A model generated the notes under the pieces. That model was not told the origin of the DNA. It ran no database searches and was given only the letters and a program-made list of their open reading frames with translations. A program made the position numbers and the translations under genes. This document shows positions 7,696 through 15,269 of a stretch of 64,000 bases of DNA, in pieces. Within the stretch, counting starts at the first letter, position 1. Each line of letters begins with the position of its first letter. The DNA is from Candidatus Avispirillum sp. (GTDB lineage: Bacteria; Bacillota; Clostridia; Oscillospirales; CAG-272), in the NCBI GenBank assembly GCA_045641325.1, contig JAZUGU010000138.1, forward strand, positions 440 to 64,439. Reading direction: 5' to 3'.

Positions 7696-7708
7696 AATTA
7701 CACCTCAA

Positions 7709-9739
7709 TTACTGTGCGCATACTTCCTTTATGACGGAAGCGGCTTTTTTCAGAACGCTCATGGGGATGTTCAGCGCAGGAAGAAGACCTACTTTATCCT
7801 TTGCCGTCAGGCACAGAACGCCGTTTTCAATACATTTTGCCACGACCTCCGCGGAGGGCTTTTTTGTTTTCAGACCGATCATAAGACCCATTCCGCTGAC
7901 GGATTCGATGCCGTCGGCGCCGTTGAAAGTGTCAAACAGATATTTGCTCTTTTCATTGACCTCCGCCATAAGCTGGTCGTCAATACGGTCAAGAATGGAT
8001 ATAGCACCTGCACAGCACACTGGATTTCCTCCGAAGGTGGAGCCGTGATCACCGTGGCCGAGTACGTCTTTTACCTTTTCGCCGAGAATGGTCGCACCGA
8101 GGGGGAGACCTCCCGCAAGTCCTTTTGCGGTAGTAATGATATCGGGCTTGAAACCGTAATTCATGTATGAATACAGCTTGCCGGTCCTGCCGTTGCCGGT
8201 CTGAACTTCGTCTACGATAATGAGCACGTCGTGTGCCTGAGCATACTCTACGACTTCGTTTACGAAGGATTTTTTGAGATCGATAACTCCGCCCTCACCC
8301 TGGATACATTCGATGATGATAGCTGCCAGTTTATTCGACGAACCGACAACTTCAAGCTCATAAATGTTATGGGAATCTATATTAATAAAACCGGGTGTCA
8401 GTGGCTGATACAGCTCGTGGTAATGATCCTGACCGGTTGCGGCGAGCGTTGTCAGCGTTCTTCCGTGGAAGCTGTTTTTAAGCGTTGCGATCGTGCTGTA
8501 TTCCGGTCCCTTCTTTTCTGCTGCATATTTTCTTGCGACCTTTATCGCACATTCGTTTGCTTCCGCGCCGGAATTTGAGAAAAACACTTTGCTCATCCCG
8601 GTTCTTTCGCAGAGCTTTTCGGCAAGTACGGCGCAGGGCTCGGTGTAGTACAGGTTTGAAGCATGCTGGAGCTTTGAAGCCTGCCCCGAAACTGCTGCCT
8701 GCCATATATCGTCGGCATAGCCGAATGATGTAACGCCGATACCGGAACCCATATCAATATATTCCTTGCCGTTTTCGTCCCATACAAGTGATCCTTTTCC
8801 ATGGGAGAGAACGACAGGGAAGCGGTTGTACGTACCGGCGATATAATTTGAATCTTTTTCTTTTATCGTCATATCTCTTTTCTCCTTAAACATGGTGCCG
8901 GCGCCTTCATCCGTGAGGAGCTCCATAAGAATTGAATGAGGAACTCTTCCGTCCATGATGACCACGTTTTTAACGCCTTTTTTCAGTGCTTCTATACAGC
9001 AGTTCACTTTGGGTATCATGCCGTCTGATATCATACCGTCACGATACAGCTTTTCAGCTTCGCTGATGCTGATCTCGGGAATCAGAGAATCCGGATCGTT
9101 TTTATCCATAAGGATTCCGGCGATATCCGTCATCATTATAAGACGCTCTGCGCCGAGTGCTCCGGCGATCGAAGCTGCTGCCGTGTCTCCGTTGATATTG
9201 TAGGTATTACCGGCGTCATCGCATCCGAGAGAAGATATAACGGGAATATAACCTTTTTCGAGGATGTCAGTTACGGGTTCTATATGGACTTTCGTGACTT
9301 CGCCCACATATCCGAGCTTCTCATCTTTTACGGCGGCTTCAATGAGCTTTCCGTCCATGCCGGAAATACCTATAGCCTTTCCGCCGTACATTTCGATGAG
9401 ACTTACGAGAGATTTGTTGACCTTTCCCGCAAGGACCATCTGGACTATATCAACTGTTTCTTTGTCTGTCACTCTGAGACCGTCGATAAACTCCGGCTTT
9501 TTGCCGAGCTTATCCATAAGTTCGCTTATTTCAGGGCCGCCTCCGTGAACGAGAACAATCTTCACGCCGATGAGCCAAAGAAGAACGATGTCCTCCATGA
9601 CCTGCTTTTTCAGCTGTTCGTCGATCATTGCATTTCCGCCGTATTTGATCACGATAGTTTTTCCGGTGTAGCGCTTTATGTAGGGAAGTGCCTGCGTCAG
9701 CACTTCTGCACGTTCCGTATTAGTGAATTTGTCAAGCAT
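7709..9739 (-). CDS. argB-argD: in-frame fusion ORF: acetylglutamate kinase (ArgB, 289 aa) joined to acetylornithine aminotransferase (ArgD, 387 aa)
   Basis: A single open frame on the ORF track (7709..9808). Start ATG 9739 (GGAGG upstream, 11 nt after the argJ stop). The ArgB part is MLDKF...IKYGGNAM...GTMFKEKRD. The ArgD part begins at ATG 8872 (MTIKEKDSNYIAGTYNRFPV...) and includes a class-III PLP aminotransferase motif (DEVQTG). No stop codon separates them. Confidence 0.85.
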   Translation of the reverse strand: MLDKFTNTERAEVLTQALPYIKRYTGKTIVIKYGGNAMIDEQLKKQVMEDIVLLWLIGVKIVLVHGGGPEISELMDKLGKKPEFIDGLRVTDKETVDIVQMVLAGKVNKSLVSLIEMYGGKAIGISGMDGKLIEAAVKDEKLGYVGEVTKVHIEPVTDILEKGYIPVISSLGCDDAGNTYNINGDTAAASIAGALGAERLIMMTDIAGILMDKNDPDSLIPEISISEAEKLYRDGMISDGMIPKVNCCIEALKKGVKNVVIMDGRVPHSILMELLTDEGAGTMFKEKRDMTIKEKDSNYIAGTYNRFPVVLSHGKGSLVWDENGKEYIDMGSGIGVTSFGYADDIWQAAVSGQASKLQHASNLYYTEPCAVLAEKLCERTGMSKVFFSNSGAEANECAIKVARKYAAEKKGPEYSTIATLKNSFHGRTLTTLAATGQDHYHELYQPLTPGFINIDSHNIYELEVVGSSNKLAAIIIECIQGEGGVIDLKKSFVNEVVEYAQAHDVLIIVDEVQTGNGRTGKLYSYMNYGFKPDIITTAKGLAGGLPLGATILGEKVKDVLGHGDHGSTFGGNPVCCAGAISILDRIDDQLMAEVNEKSKYLFDTFNGADGIESVSGMGLMIGLKTKKPSAEVVAKCIENGVLCLTAKDKVGLLPALNIPMSVLKKAASVIKEVCAQ
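8870..8887 (-). promoter_or_regulatory. retained Shine-Dalgarno (AAGGAG) plus ATG of argD inside the fused ORF
   Basis: The minus strand reads ...ACC ATG TTT AAG GAG AAA AGA GAT ATG ACG..., with AAGGAG 8 nt upstream of the ArgD Met codon. Confidence 0.6.
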
Positions 9740-9750
9740 AAATACCTCCG

Positions 9751-10965
9751 TCAGGTGCGGTAATCTCCGTTGATTTTTACGTAATCGTATGTAAGATCGC
9801 ATCCCCATGCAACGGCTGATGCGCTTCCGGAATTAAGTCCGACGAGTATCTCGATCTCTTTTTCAAGCAGGACCTCTTTTGCTTTCTCCTCGGAAAAGTC
9901 GATTCCGGCTCCTCCTTTGCAGACGTCCACCGTGCCCTTACAGCTTTTGAACGAAACGTCCACAAGGTTAACGTCAACGTCTGCGCCGCTGTAACCGATC
10001 GCACATAGCACTCGGCCCCAGTTTGCATCTGCCCCGAACATGGCGGCTTTCAGAAGACTGGAACAAATAACGCTCTTCGCAACTGTTTTTGCACAAGTGA
10101 TGTCCTTTGCTCCGGTAACGGAACATTCAAGGAGCTTTGTCGCGCCTTCACCGTCACCTGCTATCATTCTGCAAAGATAAACGGTCACGGTGTTTAGTGC
10201 TTTCATAAATGCCGTGAAGTCTTCGCCATCTGAGACAATTTCGCTGTTTCCCGCCATTCCGTTGGCGATAACGGTCACCATATCGTTAGTGGATGTATCA
10301 CCGTCAACGCTGACCATATTGAAGGTATCGGCTATATCAGAGGAGAGCGCGTTCTGTAGCATTTGAGAAGAAATTGCAGCGTCAGTCGTGATGAATACGA
10401 GCATGGTAGCCATGTTGGGATGTATCATGCCGCTTCCTTTTGCGATACCGCCGATATGGCAGGTCTTTCCGTCAAGAGTAAACTCAACGGCTATCTCCTT
10501 CAAAGCGGTGTCAGTCGTCATGATTCCCTCGGCGGCATCGGCACTTCCGTTTTCCGATATGGAAGCAGCAAGGACGGGGATGCCTGCGGCGATTGGAGTG
10601 ATGTCGAGAGGCTGACCAATAACTCCCGTTGAAGCAACTATCACGTCGTCAGACCTTATACCGAGCGTTTCTGCGGTAAGTGCGCTCATTTTTTCGGCTA
10701 TTTCTATACCGTTTGCATTACATGTATTTGCATTTCCGCTGTTGCATATGACAGCCTGCGCTTTGCCATCGGAAATATGATTTTTCGTAACTGTGAGAGG
10801 TGCGCCCTTTACCAGGTTCGTAGTATATACCGCCGCCGCATTTGCTCTGACCTCGCTGAAAATTATTGAAAGGTCTTTCTTTGTTCTGTTCTTGCGGATG
10901 CCGCAATGGACACCTCCCGCTTTGAAACCTTTTGCGGCGCATATACCGCCTTTGATTACATTCAT
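9751..10965 (-). CDS. argJ: bifunctional ornithine acetyltransferase / N-acetylglutamate synthase
   Basis: 404 aa with the ArgJ autoprocessing site context (PNMATMLVFITTDA). Confidence 0.95.
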   Translation of the reverse strand: MNVIKGGICAAKGFKAGGVHCGIRKNRTKKDLSIIFSEVRANAAAVYTTNLVKGAPLTVTKNHISDGKAQAVICNSGNANTCNANGIEIAEKMSALTAETLGIRSDDVIVASTGVIGQPLDITPIAAGIPVLAASISENGSADAAEGIMTTDTALKEIAVEFTLDGKTCHIGGIAKGSGMIHPNMATMLVFITTDAAISSQMLQNALSSDIADTFNMVSVDGDTSTNDMVTVIANGMAGNSEIVSDGEDFTAFMKALNTVTVYLCRMIAGDGEGATKLLECSVTGAKDITCAKTVAKSVICSSLLKAAMFGADANWGRVLCAIGYSGADVDVNLVDVSFKSCKGTVDVCKGGAGIDFSEEKAKEVLLEKEIEILVGLNSGSASAVAWGCDLTYDYVKINGDYRT

Positions 10966-10967
10966 TT

Positions 10968-11894
10968 TTAACCTCCTATGTTCAGCCCGGTCGTTTCATC
11001 AACGCCGAGCACTATGTTCATGTTCTGTATCGCGGCACCGGATGCGCCTTTGCCGAGATTGTCAAATCTTGAAACAAGAGTAATGCGTTCATCGTTGCCG
11101 AACACGCTGATCTGCATCGAATCAAGGCCTGACAGCGATCCTGCGGAAGCAAATCCGTCCGGATCCGGGTTGTCATTATAAGTGACGACAGGACCTTTGT
11201 AATACTCTTTATAAAACTGTTTTAGTTCTTCGACACTAACGTTTAGCTGATCTGCAAACAGGGGAACAGTCACTTCCATTCCTGAGTAGTACGACGATAC
11301 TATCGGAGAAAATACGGGATCATGGCTAAGACTGCAGATCTTTTTCATTTCTCCGAGATGCTTGTGATTTTGTGTCAGCCCGTACATTCTGGGCGCTGTA
11401 AGTTTTTCTTTCTCATCGCCCTCATAATCTGCTATCATCTTTTTGCCGCCGCCCGAGTATCCGGTAACCGAAAAGCAGGTGAGCTTTACTTCTTTACTGA
11501 TCAGCCCATTGGCGGCGAGGGGCGCTATAAGAGATATGAAACCGCTGGCATGACAACCGGGATTGGAAATATATTTTGAATTTTTGATTTTTTCTTTAAG
11601 ACATCCTATTTCAGGGAATCCGTACGTCCAGTTATCGTCAGTCCTGTGAGCGGTTGATGTGTCAATAACTACTGTATGCGGGTTATTTACCATTTCTGCC
11701 GATTCAATTGCCGCCGCATCCGGCAGACAAAGGAAGACTATGTCGGAACTGTTGATTGCATCACTGCGTGCCGCTGCATCTTTTCTGTACTCATCGGGGA
11801 GCCTGATAAGCTCTATATCATCTCTTGCTTCGAGCCGATTGACGATTTTCAGCCCGGTAGTACCGGCACTGCCGTCAACAAAAACTTTTGTCAT
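10968..11894 (-). CDS. argC: N-acetyl-gamma-glutamyl-phosphate reductase (short type)
   Basis: N-terminal VDGSAGTTG Rossmann motif and active-site NPGCHASG. ORF track gives 11927; ATG 11894 preferred (MTKVFVDGS). Confidence 0.9.
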   Translation of the reverse strand: MTKVFVDGSAGTTGLKIVNRLEARDDIELIRLPDEYRKDAAARSDAINSSDIVFLCLPDAAAIESAEMVNNPHTVVIDTSTAHRTDDNWTYGFPEIGCLKEKIKNSKYISNPGCHASGFISLIAPLAANGLISKEVKLTCFSVTGYSGGGKKMIADYEGDEKEKLTAPRMYGLTQNHKHLGEMKKICSLSHDPVFSPIVSSYYSGMEVTVPLFADQLNVSVEELKQFYKEYYKGPVVTYNDNPDPDGFASAGSLSGLDSMQISVFGNDERITLVSRFDNLGKGASGAAIQNMNIVLGVDETTGLNIGG

Positions 11895-11974
11895 ACGTAT
11901 TACCCCATGCACTGTATAAATATGCATATATTATAAACCCTGCAACCCATATTTGTCAATGGTTTACTGCAAAT

Positions 11975-12131
11975 TTGATGAATAAATATTATAAAAATTC
12001 TGCGAATATACGGAATATATTCACAATGAATAATCACAGGCGGATATAATTCCGATTTGTTATACAAAATGATGAATCAAATACGGTAAACGTGTCGGAT
12101 TTTTCAGTTCGGGATTGAATATATTCGCAAA
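11975..12131. promoter_or_regulatory. cluster of AT-rich TGAAT/ATTCA-type palindromes (possible ArgR/AhrC boxes) plus the argC promoter region
   Basis: ATGAATAAATATTAT (11979..), GGAATATATTCA (12012..12023), ATGAATAATCA (12026..), TTGAATATATTCGCAA (12115..12130), and TGCGAATATA at 12001 as an inverted partner of 12121..12130. The half-site spacing differs from the canonical ARG box, so the call is tentative. Confidence 0.3.
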
Positions 12132-12177
12132 GTATGATAAAATGCTGACATAAGAATAAACGAAAGGACGTGATTCA

Positions 12178-13593
12178 GTGATCGATATAACACCGGAGAA
12201 TTATATGCAGAAGCGCCGTGAACTGTCCGAGGCAAATTCAAATCTTATCGGCGTTGTCATGAAAGAAAAAGAGATCAGACTGAACGGCGTTCTGTCTGAA
12301 CTCAAAAAAGAATATAAGGAAAGCTGCGGAGGAGAGGTGCATTACAGCGTTCCGGTGCTCACGGACCGGAACCTTTGTGAGAGCAGGCTTTACCGCTTCT
12401 GTACTCTTATGCCCAAAGGAGCAGATCTGCACGTTCACGATCTGACCGAGCTTCCGGTACGGGAACTGTGCAGGGTGCTTTCAGATCGCCCGGAAATATA
12501 TATTAATACTGACCGCAAAAGCTATGACCTGAAACGTTTCGTGCCCGGAGAAACGGTACCGGACGGATATATTATGTTCTCTGAGGCTCTTAATGAAGGT
12601 ATAGTATCCGAAGATGAACTTATAGAAAACTGGACTGTACTTGGGGCAGAAAAGAATTCTGTGGGGATCTGGCAATGGTTTGAGGAACTGTTCTGTAAGC
12701 ATGCGGTGCTTTCCGATAACAGAGAATTTGCCGAGGCTTTTTATGAAAAAGCATTCAGATATTATGTGTCACGCGGCATATATCATATAGAAATACATCT
12801 TCTTCTCACCGAAGACCTTGATGCCTGTGCGGAATATATCAAAACCGTGAGGGACGTCTATTATCGGGTTAAGGACGAATTTCCGTTCTTCTCCGTAAAG
12901 ATCATTGGTGCAGGGGTAAAAGCGGATACAGATAGACTTGAATATTCAAAAAAGTGTTTTTTGAACACTCTTTATGCGAAAGAGAATATCAAGGATTGTT
13001 ACGATCCGGAGCATATTTCCGATTTTGTTATCGGCTTTGATCTCGTAAATGAAGAGGATACCAATCTTCCGCTGAAGGATTTTGCTCCGATGCTGTTGAA
13101 GGCGAGAAAACTGTATCCCGATATGAAGCTGTTCATTCACAGCGGAGAGAGTCTTGACGCAAATAATGATAATTTGATAGATGCATATCTGCTCGGCGTG
13201 GCCCGCGTGGGTCACGGACTGAATCTCTACAGATTTCCGGATCTGCTCGAGAGATATGCAAAGTCCGAAATTTGTCTTGAGGTCTGCGTTATAAGTAATC
13301 AGACACTCGGTTATACACGGGATATACGCAATCATCCTGCGGCAGAATATCTGCGGCGAGGTGTCCCTGTGGCACTTTGCTCCGATGATCCTCTGTACCA
13401 GGAAAATGAAACGCTGACGGACGATTTCTTCGCTGCGGCGCTCTGCTGGGATCTCAGCATAGCCGATCTCAAACAGCTTGCCATCAATTCAATAATGTAC
13501 AGCGGACTTGATAATTATGAAAAGCACAAACTGATGACAACATTCAACGAAAAGTGGAATGAATTTGTAGACCTCGCTTTGAATATATTTTGA
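12178..13593 (+). CDS. adenosine/AMP deaminase-family metallohydrolase (ADGF/CECR1-like length)
   Basis: Metal and catalytic motifs in the family order: HVHD, HSGES, GHG, SDDP. 471 aa. GTG start with AAAGGA upstream. Confidence 0.8.
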   Translation: MIDITPENYMQKRRELSEANSNLIGVVMKEKEIRLNGVLSELKKEYKESCGGEVHYSVPVLTDRNLCESRLYRFCTLMPKGADLHVHDLTELPVRELCRVLSDRPEIYINTDRKSYDLKRFVPGETVPDGYIMFSEALNEGIVSEDELIENWTVLGAEKNSVGIWQWFEELFCKHAVLSDNREFAEAFYEKAFRYYVSRGIYHIEIHLLLTEDLDACAEYIKTVRDVYYRVKDEFPFFSVKIIGAGVKADTDRLEYSKKCFLNTLYAKENIKDCYDPEHISDFVIGFDLVNEEDTNLPLKDFAPMLLKARKLYPDMKLFIHSGESLDANNDNLIDAYLLGVARVGHGLNLYRFPDLLERYAKSEICLEVCVISNQTLGYTRDIRNHPAAEYLRRGVPVALCSDDPLYQENETLTDDFFAAALCWDLSIADLKQLAINSIMYSGLDNYEKHKLMTTFNEKWNEFVDLALNIF

Positions 13594-13624
13594 GAAATAT
13601 AAAAAGCCCCTGCAAAGGGGCGCT

Positions 13625-13841
13625 CACTTAGGGAGAGAGGCGCCGCTGATTGTTCGTTCTGAATACAGTCGCCTTACAAAAGTACGGCAGGTGTTCAGAA
13701 CGGACAAAGGAAAGATATAACAAAATGACCGAAACGAAAGTTTCGGTCATTTTTTCATTAGATATTCGGAAAATCTCCCACCATTCGTGACCTAACAGAG
13801 TATTTCTTCTTTCCGGTCAGTGGTGAAAAAATCCCTAAGTG
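13625..13841 (+). repeat. 217-nt structured repeat element, copy 1
   Basis: Same length as 49069..49285 and collinear with it: 6 point differences plus a flipped 4-nt loop in the first 142 nt, then a divergent segment of about 40 nt. Terminal inverted repeats CACTTAGGGA / TCCCTAAGTG. See findings. Confidence 0.85.
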
Positions 13842-13869
13842 AAGCCCCGTAAGGGGGCTTTTTCTTTGA

Positions 13870-14544
13870 TCAGAATGTTACTTCACCATCGTGAGCGATT
13901 ACGGAGGCAGATATAACCCCTTCGATTTTCATTATCTCACGTGTAAGTTCGGCATCATCTGCACCGGCAACTTCAATTATTATATCAAGTTGCTCCTGAG
14001 TCATGGAACGGGATCTTACGGTAGCCCTGCGGCAGAATTCTCCTGCTTTTTTGAGAATTGTTTCCTCAGAGTCGATGTCCGTTGTGCTTACAAGCAGAAG
14101 CTTGGGCGCTTTGCCTACAGGCAGAGCATTGAACAGTATAAGTATCAGCGCCATAATAATGCTGAGTGCAACTGCAATCACGGCAAGACCCGCGCCTGCG
14201 ATTATTCCGCAGCTGATGGACCAGAACAGGAAAATCAGATCAAGAGGATCTTTTATTGCCGTTCTGAAACGAATTATTGAAAGAGCTCCGACCATACCGA
14301 GTGAGATCACCACACTCGACTGAACCGTCAGAATGATTGCGGCTGTTATTACGGATATGGCAATAAGGGATATGCTGAAATTCTTATTGAAGAAAGCTTT
14401 TCTGCACATGATACGGTACATAACGAATATGAAAATACCGATAATGCATGCTACAAGAAGGCAGGATGCAATACTTGCCATGTTGATTTCCGATGAAGAA
14501 TATCCCTCGATGAAAGATTTCTTGAATATGTCCTTGAATGTCAT
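13870..14544 (-). CDS. DUF4956 domain membrane protein
   Basis: Polytopic N-terminal half with IRFRTAIKDPLDLIFLFWSI, as in DUF4956. Overlaps the VTC gene by 4 nt. Confidence 0.8.
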   Translation of the reverse strand: MTFKDIFKKSFIEGYSSSEINMASIASCLLVACIIGIFIFVMYRIMCRKAFFNKNFSISLIAISVITAAIILTVQSSVVISLGMVGALSIIRFRTAIKDPLDLIFLFWSISCGIIAGAGLAVIAVALSIIMALILILFNALPVGKAPKLLLVSTTDIDSEETILKKAGEFCRRATVRSRSMTQEQLDIIIEVAGADDAELTREIMKIEGVISASVIAHDGEVTF

Positions 14545-15242
14545 AAGGAAATACCTCCGAGATTATAATTCCTGCAAAGATAGTACTTTGAAAATGCGGT
14601 CCATTGCATCTGCTCGAGCTGCAGAGTGTCATATATGTATGACGGAAGAAACTGATCCCATTTTACCTCAAGAAGACACTTGTTTTCCGGAAGGATCTTT
14701 CTGAGCGGGATATCTTTTTCAAAGAATCGGTCAAAAGCCTGAGAGGATGCGATCTGCGTATCAAGAGTCACTCTTGTGTTTCCTGATTTTTCAACATACG
14801 GAAGTCTGACGTACTGTACGATGACCGCCGGGTGCATAGCGCGTTCAGTCATATCCGAAAGCATCCTTTTCAAAAGTGTCGGCATATCATCAGACACAAC
14901 CGGTATATGTCCGCTCATAAAGCACAGAGCTTGTTCACGTGTGACCAGGGCTGCATCCTTGTGTGTCATTGAGCGCATTTTTGCCTTGCGTTCCAAAGAG
15001 ATAAAACTGTCGTCACAGTTATAAATCCGCAGTCTGTATTTTGCCCGTGGATCAGCGCCGTCTTCATTATCGTAGAAACAGGAATCATAGGGATCATCGA
15101 AATAGATGCTTCTGATCAGGTATGATCCGTCTCCGACGATATGAGAGTCATGTTTCATCAATGCATCTAATCGCGACTTCAGTATAACGGACTGTGAAAG
15201 ACTGCACAGATATTTATATTCATGTCTGAATTCAGTACTCAT
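14541..15242 (-). CDS. VTC-domain (polyphosphate polymerase domain) protein
   Basis: FRHEYKY...IRSIYFDD...RAKYRLRIY pattern typical of bacterial VTC-domain proteins. Usual partner of DUF4956. Confidence 0.8.
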   Translation of the reverse strand: MSTEFRHEYKYLCSLSQSVILKSRLDALMKHDSHIVGDGSYLIRSIYFDDPYDSCFYDNEDGADPRAKYRLRIYNCDDSFISLERKAKMRSMTHKDAALVTREQALCFMSGHIPVVSDDMPTLLKRMLSDMTERAMHPAVIVQYVRLPYVEKSGNTRVTLDTQIASSQAFDRFFEKDIPLRKILPENKCLLEVKWDQFLPSYIYDTLQLEQMQWTAFSKYYLCRNYNLGGISL

Positions 15243-15269
15243 AATACTCTTTATGGTTCTGTCGTTTGC

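Noticed and set aside
9740-9808. N-terminal extensions of track ORFs (also 11895..11927, 17631..17714, 24833..24898, 36279..36353, 37988..38002, 38389..38538, 51112..51261)
   Set aside because: In each case an internal ATG with a good SD matches the conserved N-terminus of the family. The extension reads through an upstream gene end, leader RNA, riboswitch or promoter.
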